DNA of 64,000 bases. Source: an uncultured Nitrososphaeraceae archaeon (GTDB lineage: Archaea; Thermoproteota; Nitrososphaeria; Nitrososphaerales; Nitrososphaeraceae). The translations under genes and the position numbers were made by a program. Position 1 is the first letter of the stretch. Each line of letters opens with the position of its first letter. The stretch covers positions 32,001 to 96,000 of the forward strand of contig CAWGVG010000014.1 in NCBI GenBank assembly GCA_963825865.1, read 5' to 3'. Positions 25,044 to 36,577 of the stretch are shown piece after piece. The notes beneath the pieces are model-generated. The model did not search any database. It had not been told where the DNA came from and saw nothing but the letters and a program-made list of their open reading frames with translations.

Positions 25044-25220
25044 TTGAGCACAGTAGGAACAATGGGTTCTATAATTGTAGGGGTAATAGTGTTGATCGTG
25101 ATAATTGCAATTATCGTGTTTCTGATAAAGTTGCTTGCACCGATCATTGTAGGTCTTGTAATTTTAGCGATAATAGTTGGTGTAGGATTTTGGATATATG
25201 GGAGGATAAAAGCGAGATAG
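25044..25220 (+). CDS. Small two-TM membrane protein (58 aa; absent from the ORF track)
   Basis: TTG start: MSTVGTMGSIIVGVIVLIVIIAIIVFLIKLLAPIIVGLVILAIIVGVGFWIYGRIKAR*. Confidence 0.7.
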   Translation: MSTVGTMGSIIVGVIVLIVIIAIIVFLIKLLAPIIVGLVILAIIVGVGFWIYGRIKAR

Positions 25221-25439
25221 CTTTCTACTGCTCCTTCTGCTGTAATGCGATAAGAAAACACAGAATATTCTTTGGTTGACAAAGACAAACACAGAATATT
25301 TACAAGGGCGATTGTTGATAGCTGGCAAACTGCCGGCTTTGGTTATCTAAACTCTCCGTAAACTATATTACGGCTATAATAGATGATTGACATTCCTTGT
25401 TAAACGTTAAATCAGGGTTAACTTATCGATAACTCGGCT

Positions 25440-26039
25440 ATGGTGGTAGTAGCGGATTCTTATATGGGCATGTTCTTACCCTTGAATATCTCTCATAGAA
25501 TTTCGGAGTTTATTGCCGATGATGCCATAGAATTTCCATTCATAAAGAAAGATGAGATAATGGCAACATTCTACCTATTTGGAAAAGACTGTGGAGTAAA
25601 CGGAGAAACGGAAATACTGGTTGCAACTGATTTAGCAAAAAGAACTATTGAGCTAATAACTAGAGATGTAAGAGTATTTCATACCATGCCAAATAAAATT
25701 CGGCCTGATTTTATACGTGAAAATTACATTAGAAGGGCTTTGCAAATTTCTATCGAACTACAGAATACTCATTTGTTTGATTTGTCTGAAACAAACAAAC
25801 GCATTGCTAATGATCCAACCATTCTGTCGACCTGCTTTGCACAACATATTGCATACTATAAACAAGATTACTTTTTTGAGTTATTCCAGCCATTCAAAGA
25901 AAAGGAGCTCCCTCTATCCATAAGAAAGAAACTTCAAGGAAGGATGTTATTGCTCGGATTCAATGTAAAAGATTCCAGATTATTACCATTTGAAAATACA
26001 CTTACTCCTTTCATAAGGTGGATGATAAAGACCAGCTAA
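25440..26039 (+). CDS. Conserved hypothetical protein
   Basis: 199-aa ORF with normal composition; no family recognised. Confidence 0.7.
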   Translation: MVVVADSYMGMFLPLNISHRISEFIADDAIEFPFIKKDEIMATFYLFGKDCGVNGETEILVATDLAKRTIELITRDVRVFHTMPNKIRPDFIRENYIRRALQISIELQNTHLFDLSETNKRIANDPTILSTCFAQHIAYYKQDYFFELFQPFKEKELPLSIRKKLQGRMLLLGFNVKDSRLLPFENTLTPFIRWMIKTS

Positions 26040-26192
26040 TAAAAAAGCTCATTTTGGATTAAAGTTTTGGCATTAGTCTGATATAATTTTTTTAAATGAG
26101 GTGCCCAATACTGTGTGTTATCTTTGACACAATTTGCGTAACCGAAAAATATAAAATAACACAATATGGTTTGTTATCGATTCACAAGATCA

Positions 26193-26708
26193 TCAAAAGT
26201 TTGAAGAATAGTCAATAACTCTTACCATGTTTTTGACGTCAAAAACCATCACTTCTTTTGGAAGATTGATAGTCAATACACGCTCATCAGGAGGATTGTA
26301 TTTTAGAACATGCACCAAAATATCTGTTCCCAGCCTTTTCACACTTCGTTTTTCGATTATAATCTCTGGATCAAATAGCGCGTCGAAGGTGAAAAAGTAT
26401 GTTCCACCCCACACATTTATAGAATATTCTACCTTGTAGTACGGAATTGACATTCTAGGAAACCTCAGGTTAGTTGATCCATGAATGTTTTCAGATTTAT
26501 CATACATCCTTGCATGAAAGTCATCAATAAATGGAACTTTTGAGAAAACACTTGATTTTAAAGATTTTCTCATACATATTATTGTATACCTCTTAAATTC
26601 CTCATTTGGCAAGGTTGCTGGACCATATTTTGCATCATCATGCAAAGAAATTCGACGATTAACAAGGAATTTTTCGGAAGTTTCAATCAACCTACGAATA
26701 TTTTCCAC
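26193..26708 (-). CDS. Conserved hypothetical protein
   Basis: 171-aa ORF; no family recognised. Confidence 0.7.
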   Translation of the reverse strand: MENIRRLIETSEKFLVNRRISLHDDAKYGPATLPNEEFKRYTIICMRKSLKSSVFSKVPFIDDFHARMYDKSENIHGSTNLRFPRMSIPYYKVEYSINVWGGTYFFTFDALFDPEIIIEKRSVKRLGTDILVHVLKYNPPDERVLTINLPKEVMVFDVKNMVRVIDYSSNF

Positions 26709-26741
26709 GAACTGCTGCCTCGTTACACTCGTAAAGAGGCA

Positions 26742-27011
26742 CTAATTTTTCGCTCCATTTATAACTTTTGAAACGGTGTTCTTAAATCCACAAATTGTAA
26801 TGATCGGATCTTTTGGATAAGCATCGCCAATTTCTTCGGAGACACTAATCTTTTCCTCACTCTTAACGTAGAGCATCTTTTTCCAAAATTTACCATCTGC
26901 GACAATTGTAGAAGAACCATCCAGTAGAAAGCCGATTTCTGCAAGTTTAGATTCTATTTTCTCTAATGGTACAAGTACAGAAATCGATTTTAATTTCTGC
27001 TTATTTCGCAT
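26742..27011 (-). CDS. Hypothetical protein
   Basis: 89-aa ORF co-oriented with 26193-26708. Confidence 0.55.
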   Translation of the reverse strand: MRNKQKLKSISVLVPLEKIESKLAEIGFLLDGSSTIVADGKFWKKMLYVKSEEKISVSEEIGDAYPKDPIITICGFKNTVSKVINGAKN

Positions 27012-27567
27012 AAGTTTCTAACAAACTCCAGATATAAAAATTTCATCCATACGTCGTTTTTGTTGACACATTATCAAAACAATTTAATGCAAAAGTATAA
27101 AATATATAATGATGCACTCGATGAATGAATATATCTGTTTCATATATATATATATATAGAGTAGAGTTGGAGTTTCTGTTTAACTAAGCAATAATTTAGG
27201 TTTATCAACGCTAATTATTTTGAAAGTGGAACTTCGTTGAACAATGACATTAAATTAGTTTATGTATTATTTATTCAAGGGCAACGCATAAACGATGCTA
27301 GTCAAGTTATTATTGCTCGAGAAAGCGATTAAACTAGTATGATCAAAGTATCCGTGTAAAGTAAAAGATAATTAGAATAAATATGATATATGATTTTAAT
27401 ATTAATAATAAAAGAGTACATGTGTCATACTTTGTGTAGCGTTTTAAAATATGTGGTACTTGGTCCTTTAAAAGTCATAATGCATAGTTATATAATCTCT
27501 TTTTTTAAACAACTAAGTCGGTCAGCCATAACACACATTAAACACAGCACTACTTTTAGATGACTAT

Positions 27568-28002
27568 ATGAGTACTCAGACAGAATCAGATTACGAAACT
27601 TTATTAAGGAATATACAAGGTAAACTGGGTAATACTTCTCGAAAGTCCATATCAAGAAGACTCGAAGTCCCAGTCCCTAAAGTTATCTGGGTTGGTCAAC
27701 GGACCATTTTTAGAAACTTTATGGAGTTTCCAAAAGCGTTGAGGAGGAATCCGGAGAAGATCCTACTTTATCTTAATAAGGAACTTGCTTCCGCAGGTTT
27801 TATTGTCGGTGATCGAGTTATATTCATAGGGCGTAAACAACCGTCCTCTTTTGGAGCATTAATTGATAGGTATATCAAAGACTATGTTATTTGTCCTGTC
27901 TGCGGAAGTCCTGACACTAGAACCGAGAAGAACAAGAAGCTTGGATTTCTGTTATGCGATGCATGTGGTGCACGATCCTCCATCAAAGGCAACTATGCCT
28001 AA
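27568..28002 (+). CDS. eif2b: Translation initiation factor 2 subunit beta (aIF-2beta)
   Basis: RTIFRNF, KELAS and YVICPVCGSPDT...LLCDACGA zinc ribbon. Confidence 0.96.
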   Translation: MSTQTESDYETLLRNIQGKLGNTSRKSISRRLEVPVPKVIWVGQRTIFRNFMEFPKALRRNPEKILLYLNKELASAGFIVGDRVIFIGRKQPSSFGALIDRYIKDYVICPVCGSPDTRTEKNKKLGFLLCDACGARSSIKGNYA

Positions 28003-28149
28003 GAAAAAATGTTATCCTTAATCATTTTTTAACGTTTAGAGGAGCCTGCTAAAAGAGTATAATAATAATTAAGTTGATATGTATTTATCTATGTGAGCTA
28101 ACATTTTCCTCAACTTTTATAAAGCAAAGAAGACCGCAGATATCTTAAT

Positions 28150-30644
28150 ATGAAAAGTTATATTAAAATAAGATGTAAGGAAATATCCCTACTGTTTACT
28201 ATAGGTTTGCTTCTTTGCGCTATTTCAAGCAGTACTGCTCGTGCTCAACAGGTGCTGCCAGGTGCCACAGCAGTACCACCAAAAGCTCCAACCACTCCAG
28301 TGCCAGCAAAAATTCATGCTGTAAAAATCATTTCCCCTACTAAAGGTCAGCAAGTTCCTATCGGAAATAGCCTTCTGGTCACAGGAGCATCTTCAGCTAA
28401 TGCTAATTCTAATTGTCAGGTTTCCGTTATTGCAAATGGCATAAAACCATATCAACCAGCTCTAGCGTCTGGACCTGGTGGAACACACGATTATTCTAAA
28501 TGGAGTTTTACACTTAGCCCTAAATATACCGCTATTAAAGAAGGAGAAAATAAAATAACTGCCAAATACACTTGCAGCGATAATCCAACTGCAGCATCAT
28601 ATTATAGTGTAAATGTCACAGGGGTCGCAGCTGTAAAACAATCTGCTACATCAACACCACCAACATCATCATCAACAACAAGCCATGCCATTACCCCATC
28701 AACACCACCAACATCATCATCAACAACAAGCCATGCCATTACCCCATCAACACCACGACCACCACCACCAACATCATCATCAACAACAAGCCATGCCATT
28801 ACCCCATCAACACCACCAACATCATCATCAACAACAAGCCATGCCATTACCCCATCAACACCACCAACATCATCATCAACAACAAGCCATGCCATTACCC
28901 CATCAACACCACGACCACCACCACCAACATCATCATCAACAACAAGCCATGCCATTACCCCATCAACACCACCAACATCAACAACAACATCAACAACAAG
29001 CCATGCCGTTACCCCATCGGTAAGTCATCCTACTACTCCTAATTCAACTGCTGTGAAAATTGCTGGTTTAAAAATCACTTCTCCTACTAAAGATCAACAA
29101 GTTCCTATTGGCAATAGCCTTCTGGTCTCAGGAGCATCTTCTGCTAATGCTAACTCTAATTGTCCGGTTTCAGTTAATTTAAACCATGTAAAACCAAACC
29201 AACCAGCTCTAGCATCTGGGCCTGGTGGACCAAATGATTATTCTCAATGGACTGTCACGCTTCCTGCTGGCTATGGTCCTATTAATGCGGGAGAGAATAA
29301 AATAACTGCCAAATCCTCTTGTAGTAATGATCCTACTCTAACCGAGTTTGATAGTGTAAATGTCACAGGGGTCGCAGCAGTAAAACAATCTGCCACGTCA
29401 TTATCAACAAGCACCGTCAGTAACAGCGGATATAATACCAGTGGTTATGGCGGCGTCGGAGGCATCAGCGGTATGCCAGGTACTGGCGGCGTCGGAGGCA
29501 TCAGCGGTATGCCAGGTACTGGCGACGTCGGAGGCAATGACCCAGGTACCGTTAGCAGCAGCAGCAGGCAGCAGCAGCGATGGCGGCAGCAGCAGCCATC
29601 ACAGCCATCACAGCAGCAGCAGCAGCGAGCAGCAGCGATGGCGGCAGCAGCAGCCATCACAGCAGCGAGCAGCGGTGGAGGCGATGGTGGCGGCAGCGGC
29701 GATGGCGGCAGCAGGAGCGGCGGAGGCGGTAAAGGTGGAGGCGATGGTGGCGGCGGCAGCAGCGGCGGAGGCGGTAAAGGTGGAGGTGGAGGCGATGGTG
29801 GCGGGGCGGCGAGCGGAGGCGGTAAAGGTGGAGGCGATGGTGGCGGCGGAGGCGGTGATGGTGGCGGCGAGGCAGCGGCGGAGGGGCGGTAAAGGTGGAG
29901 GTGGAGGCGATGGCGGCGGCAGGAGCGGCGGAGGCGGTAAAGGTGGAGGCATGGCGGCGAGCGAGCGGTGGAGGTGGCGGCGATGGCGGCGGCAGGCAGC
30001 GGCGGAGGTGGCGAGACGGGGCGGAGGTGGCGGCGAGACGGCGGAGGCGGTAAAGGTGGAGGTGGCGGCGATGGTGGAGGTGGCGGCGATGGTGGCGGCA
30101 AAGGTGGAGGCGGTGGCGGAGCAGCGGCGGAGGCGGTAAAGGTGGAGGTGGCGGCGGAAAGGCGGCGGCGGCGGCAAAGGCGGAGGTGGCGGCGGCGATG
30201 GTGGCGGCAAAGGCGGAGGCGGAGGTGGCGGCGGAGGCGGTGGAGGCGGCAAAGGCGGAGGCGGAGGCGGCGGACGCGTCGTACTATTCCTACAATGGAG
30301 ACATTGAACTCGCCTTACTCTATGACAGCAACCATCCTTTTAGTAATACTGACGCCGGAGGAGTAGCTTCGTACAATCCTTACAATGCTGACATTGAACT
30401 CATTTCCCTCTCAGATGGCAGCAGTCATGCTTCAAACGACAAAAAACAGCATTCCTCTTCATCTAACAGCGTCGATACTTCCAGTGATAGTGGCAGCGAC
30501 AAAAAACAGCATTCCTCTTCATCTAACAGCGTCGATACTTCCAGTGATAGTGGCAGCGACAAAAAACAGCATTCCTCTTCATCTGACGGCAAGTCAAGCG
30601 ATACTCAAGGTTTCGACTTCAAATTTCCAGTTCCTTTCCCATGA
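28150..30644 (+). CDS. Secreted protein: signal peptide, two Cys-containing Ig-like domains, Ser/Thr/Pro linker, very long Gly-rich tract, Ser/Asp repeats (frameshifted in the GC-rich tract)
   Basis: Signal peptide ending ARA/QQ; duplicated KIxSPTKxQQVPIGNSLLVxGASSANANSNC...GENKITAKxxC domain; GGGGKGGGDGGG repeats; C-terminal GFDFKFPVPFP*. Confidence 0.8.
28654..29010 (+). repeat. 48/60-bp coding tandem repeat (TPPTSSSTTSHAITPS) x7 with A-A-B higher-order periodicity
   Basis: Unit ACACCACCAACATCATCATCAACAACAAGCCATGCCATTACCCCATCA; every third unit carries 12 extra bp. Confidence 0.95.
29451..29535 (+). repeat. 36-bp coding repeat (GGVGGISGMPGT) x2 plus a partial copy
   Basis: GGCGGCGTCGGAGGCATCAGCGGTATGCCAGGTACT repeated. 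Confidence 0.9.
29552..30272 (+). repeat. GC-rich glycine-codon low-complexity tract
   Basis: GGCGGAGGCGGTAAAGGTGGAGGCGATGGTGGC-type units in an otherwise AT-rich background. Confidence 0.95.
30438..30584 (+). repeat. 60-bp coding repeat (DKKQHSSSSNSVDTSSDSGS) x2.5
   Basis: GACAAAAAACAGCATTCCTCTTCATCT recurs at 60-bp spacing. Confidence 0.93.
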
Positions 30645-31185
30645 GAATAATATCATGGATTAAAATTGGAGCAATTAACTATGACAGATGTCTGCATTTT
30701 TTGTAATGCTGATGGTGTGAATAACATCGTCGCGGTAATGACATATGCTTAAGAACCTCCCACACGCAAACTTGTAAATTAACACACCAATCGGGCTATT
30801 CACTAATCATACATTTACGTTTGTATTTGCCAAAGTTATTTTACGAATATACTATATATCTATGGCTTTTGATCCACAAGTTATACTTGTGAATCATATT
30901 GTTGGTTGGTTGGTTGATCGTCAGTTTTGAAAAAAGTAACCTTCACATTCAAAGGTAAATGGTGTTGGCCTGTTTTTAGTCTATAATCAATTTAGCAGAA
31001 AATTGTCTTGCTCAAAATGCAATTCCTCGTTATTTCTAGCACGTCAAACTAAATATGCATAAAAATAAGTTAATTTAAAAAATTCTTTTCTGGATTTTTA
31101 TTTGGTATTAACTGTTTTTAGCATAAAATTAGATAAAATTGACTATGGATTCTAAGTATGAATTACCTGTCTGTCTCAAATAGAT

Positions 31186-31413
31186 ATGACAGCAATAAAA
31201 TCACTTCATCAAGAAGCGATCATAGAACACACAAATAACAACTTCACAGCCGGTCAAAGTTGGGGTGCTCTAAGAAAAGCGTGGAAAGGTTACAGAATTG
31301 CCAAAGTCCAGAGCGACGATGCCAAAATGAGAGAGTACGCCACAAAAATTAGAAAGATCCAAACAGAGCTTAGAATAAGCATATCGTCATTTCCGCAATT
31401 GGACATCGCTTAG
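31186..31413 (+). CDS. Small conserved hypothetical protein
   Basis: 75 aa with QSWGALRKAWKGYRIAK...YATKIRKIQ. Confidence 0.65.
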   Translation: MTAIKSLHQEAIIEHTNNNFTAGQSWGALRKAWKGYRIAKVQSDDAKMREYATKIRKIQTELRISISSFPQLDIA

Positions 31414-31885
31414 GGTCTAATGCGATTTTCTTTTTTCTTCTCTTCCGCCTTAATATATTTGGTAATTAATAACGCACGCAATCCTGCTACATCTTTATCT
31501 AATATCAAAAAACAGATATAATTCTAACAGATGATAGAAATTTAATTCTAATATATATATTCCAACCTTGGCTTGTAGTGAATATCCTATAGCAATTTTT
31601 CACCTTAATATCGATAGTTAGCAAGAGCATTCTAAAGGAATCTTTGAAAGCCCTTGAAAGGAGAAATCGCACAAACTATACTCTGTTATTATATTATATG
31701 ACGACATTGAGAATCAGCTGACAAGAAGAAATATTATACAGATCTAGCGTCTCCGACTAACTATGAAATATTTTTTTTATCTAAGAAATCTATTATATGC
31801 TCATGTTAACTAAAAACCGAATCATTGTATGAACGATATGTAATTATTATCTAAACTTTGTTATTTTAGTAGTTGATGTTCGGTT

Positions 31886-32503
31886 TTGGAAAAAGAAGAA
31901 GATGAGATTAAAGAAATTAAAGAATCTAAAGATGATGATGAGGTTTCAACTTCAGAAGAGGAGATGATAAAGCTTAGAGAAGAATTAGTTTCGGTGCAAG
32001 AAGAATTACGCAAGGCTAGGGAAGATTCGGTAAAGAATCTGACTAAATTAAAGTATGTGATGGCTGACTTTGATAATTATCGTAAACAGCTCGAAAAACA
32101 ATTGGCTTCAAAAATTGAGTCAAACAAAGCTGAACTTCTCTTAAAATTTCTAAATATTCGTGACGACTATTTAAGAGGCTTTGAGATGGCAAAGCAGAGC
32201 AAATATGAAGCTGTCGTAATTGAAGGCTTGGAAGTGATTCTGAAAAACCTCGACGCACTCCTTAAATACGAGGGCGTTATGGAAATTGAAACAACTGGCA
32301 CACCTTTTGATCCAAACATACATGATGCTATTACTTTCTCATACAAAGATGATGTACCAGAAAATACCGTTACAGACGAGATTCGAAAAGGATACATGCT
32401 TAACAATAAAGTTTTAAGACCTAGCCTTGTCGAAATATCTAAAAAGATAGTTAAAAATACCGTTAATGATACAGAAAAAATAGAAAAGGAGACTGAAAAT
32501 TAA
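31886..32503 (+). CDS. grpE: Nucleotide exchange factor GrpE
   Basis: ADFDNYRK, FDPNIHDA and KGYMLNNKVLRPSLV motifs. Confidence 0.96.
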   Translation: MEKEEDEIKEIKESKDDDEVSTSEEEMIKLREELVSVQEELRKAREDSVKNLTKLKYVMADFDNYRKQLEKQLASKIESNKAELLLKFLNIRDDYLRGFEMAKQSKYEAVVIEGLEVILKNLDALLKYEGVMEIETTGTPFDPNIHDAITFSYKDDVPENTVTDEIRKGYMLNNKVLRPSLVEISKKIVKNTVNDTEKIEKETEN

Positions 32504-32505
32504 GT

Positions 32506-34444
32506 ATGAGCAAAATTATAGGAATTGATCTTGGAACAAGTAACTCTGCTCCGCAGCACATTGATAGGCGGCAAGCCTACAATTATACAGGCTGCCGAAG
32601 GTACTTCCGTTGGAGGAAAAGCTTTTCCTTCTGTCGTAGCTTTTACCCGTGATGGCCAACTAATTGTAGGTGAACCTGCAAGGCGACAAATGATATCTAA
32701 TCCCGAAGGCACCGTCCTTGCTGCAAAGCGGAAAATGGGAACTGATTTCAAATTCAATGTATTTGGTAAAGAGTATACTCCACAGCAGATATCTTCATTC
32801 ATCTTGCAAAAGATAAAGAGGGATGCCGAGGCTTTTCTTGGAGAAACCGTGGATAAAGCAGTAATTACAGTACCTGCGTACTTTAATGATAACCAAAGGC
32901 AGGCAACGAAAGATTCAGGTGAAATTGCAGGACTGCAGGTAGTACGGATTATCAACGAGCCGACAGCTCCATCACTGGCCTATGGATTAGATAAGGTTCA
33001 AAAAGATCTTAAAATCATGGTCTATGATTTTGGGGGAGGAACACTGGATGTTACAATAATGGAGATGGGAGGAGGAGTCTTCCAAGTTAAAAGCACTTCG
33101 GGTGATACTCAACTTGGCGGAACCGATATGGATAATGCCCTTGTTGATTATGTTTTACAGGAATTCAGAAAGCAATCAGGATTAGATGTTAAAAACGACA
33201 AAGCCGCAATGATGAGGATAAGAGAGGCAGTGGAGAAGGCGAAAATCGAATTATCAAATATCGTCACTACTGAAATCAATCTACCGTTTCTCGCCTATGA
33301 TGCTACGACAGGTCCAAAGAACCTCATACTGACTTTGACAAGGGCAAAACTCGAAGAGCTACTAAGACCAATAGTCGAAAGATGTAGAACACCAATGATG
33401 CAGGCACTTCAGGATTCCAAAATAACGCCATCTGAGGTTGATAAAATCATATTGATCGGTGGACCTACAAGGATGCCAATTGTAAGGCAATTCGTCGCAT
33501 CAGTCATGGGTAAGGAGCCAGAGCGTGGTGTAGATCCAATGGAAGCTGTCGCAATGGGAGCGGCTGTTCAAGGAGCTATTATTTCTGGTGATGTATCGAC
33601 AGATATACTGTTGGTAGACGTTACACCACTTACTCTGGGTGTAGAAGTTCTAGGTGGCTTAAAAGAGCCTCTAATAGAACGCAATACTACTATTCCTTCA
33701 AAAAAGAGCAAAGTATTCACAACTGCAGCAGATTACCAGACTGCAGTTACAATTCACGTAGTACAAGGCGAAAGACCTATGGCCTCAGATTGTGTTTCTC
33801 TAGGAATTTTTAACTTATCGGGAATTCCTCCAGCTCCAAGAGGTGTACCACAGATCGAAGTTACGTTCGATATAGATGCAAACGGAATCCTCAATGTTAC
33901 AGCCAAAGACTTGGCTACGTCAAAAGAAGCAAAGATCACAATAACTGCAAACACTAAATTATCCAAATCAGAGATCGATAGGCTGAAAAAAGAATCCGAT
34001 CAATTCTCAGAGGCTGATAAAAAGAAGAAGGAGGAAGCAGAGGTCAAAAACGAAGCTGATAATTTGATTTATGCAGCCGAAAAACTGGTAAAGCAAGATT
34101 TGAAGGACAAGATCAAGCCAGAACACGCAGAAAAAATCAACAAATCTAGTCAAGAACTGAGGGATGCAATCGCTAGCAACAATATGGATAATATTAAAAC
34201 AAAAACACAGGAATTGAAAAATGTTCTTGGTGAGGTTAGCACAGAGGCATATAAAGCTGCAGGAGCTGCCTCTGCATCTGCTACTACCGGTGCTGCAGGA
34301 GAGACGGCAGGTGGTGCGGCCACCGCCGGAACTGGAACTTCATCTGAAGGATTTGACAGCGGCGCTGGTAGTAGCGGCAATAGTGGTGCAGCATCACCAT
34401 CAGATGCAACACAGCAACAACAAGAACAGCCACCGCGTTCATAA
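32506..34444 (+). CDS. dnaK: Molecular chaperone DnaK (frameshift near 32550)
   Basis: [14 protein letters not shown] in an upstream frame; [16 protein letters not shown] and DIDANGIL motifs; Ala/Gly/Gln-rich tail. Confidence 0.98.
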
Positions 34445-34509
34445 TCTTTGCCTATGCTGATTGCGATATATTTTATTTGTATGGTGGGTCATAGGAATGG
34501 GAAAAAAGT

Positions 34510-35664
34510 ATGAGCACTAACAAAAGGGACTATTACGACGTGCTTAGTGTTCAGAAGAATTCAAGCAAGGAAGAAATCAAGAATGCGTTTAGAAAGTTAG
34601 CATTACAGTATCATCCTGACAGGAATAAGGCAGCTGAAGCAGAAGAAAAGTTCAAACAAATTTCGGAAGCGTATGCTGTTTTGTCCGATGATGAAAAGAG
34701 GAAAAAGTATGATACTTATGGTCATGTTGGAACAGAAGATGTATTCAGGGGTTCTGAAGCAAACTTTGATGAAATCTTTAAAGATATGGGCTTCGGTGGT
34801 TTTGGAAACATCTTCGAACAGATATTTGGAGGGCGTGGCGGTAGTGGAGGCGGCGCGGCAGCAACATAGGAGGTCGTGGTGGTAATGATCCGTTTGGTTT
34901 TGGTTTTAGCTTCGGTGGCGGTAGAGCAAAGGGACAGGATCTTCTTTATGATATGGAACTATCTCTAGAAGAGGTTCTCAAGGGAAGGAAGGATGAAATA
35001 GAATTACCAAAACTTGATAAATGTAATAACTGTGGTGGAACCGGCGCTGCGCCTGGAACCCGACCAAGGAAATGTAGTGTTTGTAACGGCCAAGGGCAAA
35101 CGAGGCGCGTCTATAGCCAAAATAGATTTTCCACTTTTGTGTCGTTGGAGCCATGCAGAACATGTCAGGGTCAAGGTGAAATCATTGATAAACCTTGCAA
35201 TATCTGTAATGGTCACTGGCAAAGTCAGAAAAAACAAGAAAATAGAGTTAGAAATTCCTCCTGGCGTCGAAGATGGGATGACATTGCAATTGCGTGGCGA
35301 AGGGGAACCATCGGACGGCGGAGCTTCTGGGGACTTACTAATAAGAATCCACATTAGGCCACATCCGCTATTTGAAAGGTTACAAGACGGTCATTTGCTT
35401 TACAACCTTGATCTTAAATTTACTGACGTTGCACTTGGGACTGAGGTTCGAGTGCCAACTCTCAACGGTCAAGAAAAATTAAAAATCCCTCAGGGCACTC
35501 AACCAAATGCTATTTTTAAGATTAAAGGTAAAGGATTGCCTCGCTATGGTGGTTACGGCAAAGGTGACCTAGTGGCTAGAATCAACGTAAAAATTCCAGC
35601 CAAATTAAATGATAAACAAAAGTCATTACTAAAAGAATTGGATATGGAATTTCAAAAGGAGTAG
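34510..35664 (+). CDS. dnaJ: Molecular chaperone DnaJ (two frameshifts)
   Basis: J domain with HPD, G/F region, four CxxCxGxG repeats and the C-terminal domain. Confidence 0.97.
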
Positions 35665-35731
35665 GAGTAGTAGTAGTTTAAAGAAATAGCATGGGTGATG
35701 AACAGTCCAAAGAAAGGAATGAATAGCGTGA

Positions 35732-36070
35732 ATGTTATATCGCTATTACAGCACATTAAAATTCATGAAGGTAAGAGTCTATTTCTGCAAGGAACCCGAT
35801 GCTCAAACTGTTCTAAGAAGAAGAATCGACAAGATTGGTAAGCAGGCATTAGATACTATCTATGATCTGGTATGGGAAGTGGAGTTTAAGAATATTCTGA
35901 ATGTAGGCAGAATTTGGCTCAAGTTTAAAGAAGAGGAACGGCCATTTGGAATATCTTTGAGCAATAGGAGAAGCCATGATAAAATATCACCAGGTGATAT
36001 CATTCAAATCGCCAATGATTTTTATATGGTCAATCAAATCGGAGCAACGAAAGTAAAAGCTATTGATTAG
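35732..36070 (+). CDS. Hypothetical protein (start may be ATG 35765)
   Basis: ORF downstream of dnaJ; no family recognised. Confidence 0.55.
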   Translation: MLYRYYSTLKFMKVRVYFCKEPDAQTVLRRRIDKIGKQALDTIYDLVWEVEFKNILNVGRIWLKFKEEERPFGISLSNRRSHDKISPGDIIQIANDFYMVNQIGATKVKAID

Positions 36071-36131
36071 AACAGACTTGCATTAAACTACTTATTACTT
36101 TGTCCTTGATACATGTATAATAAAATAGTAC

Positions 36132-36505
36132 TTACCATCCCAAAACCTTCGCAGACTTTGCTGCAGCAGTGTCCAATGCTTGCTTGGGCTCTTTTAATCC
36201 ATAATAAACATCATTAAGTGCCTGGTGAATATCTTCAGATATCTGAGGATACTCTGGTATGCTAGGCCTGGCGTGGGCGATTTTGAGCATAGAGATCAAT
36301 TTATCATAGTATGGAATTGTTTGGTTCAAGCTTGCTCCATAAGGACCTTCTCCTATAGGTATCTGTGTTGGAAGATTTGAATGTGCTGTCAGATATGGGG
36401 CAAGTATTTTGGGCTCTACCATTATTGTAAGTAATTCCCATGTAAGGTCCTTTTGCGTTGATGTCTTGGGAATGCTTAATTCCCAACCTCCCATTAAAGT
36501 CGCAC
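36132..36505 (-). pseudogene. C-terminal fragment of an ABC-type sugar-binding protein
   Basis: ATLMGGWELSIPKTS...ARPSIPEYPQISEDIHQALNDV...PKQALDTAA. The N-terminal majority is missing next to the IS5 element. Confidence 0.8.
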
Positions 36506-36577
36506 TATGATAGCTTGAGTCTGAGTACAGGAAACATTGGCAGGAAGCTTTGAATCTCCTAGTTCTGAGGTATTTTT

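Noticed and set aside
24983-25288. 101-aa minus-strand ORF
   Set aside because: Antisense shadow of the more plausible 58-aa membrane protein at 25044-25220.
27141-27158. (AT)n microsatellite
   Set aside because: Short and expected in AT-rich intergenic DNA; no functional evidence.
28602-30366. Long overlapping poly-Pro, poly-His/Gln, poly-Arg and poly-Ala ORFs
   Set aside because: Alternative frames of tandem or GC-rich repeats lack stop codons by composition; they are shadows of the 28150-30644 gene.
30438-30584. 27-bp repeats at 60-bp spacing as a CRISPR array
   Set aside because: The intervening sequences are identical and the unit is in-frame coding sequence.
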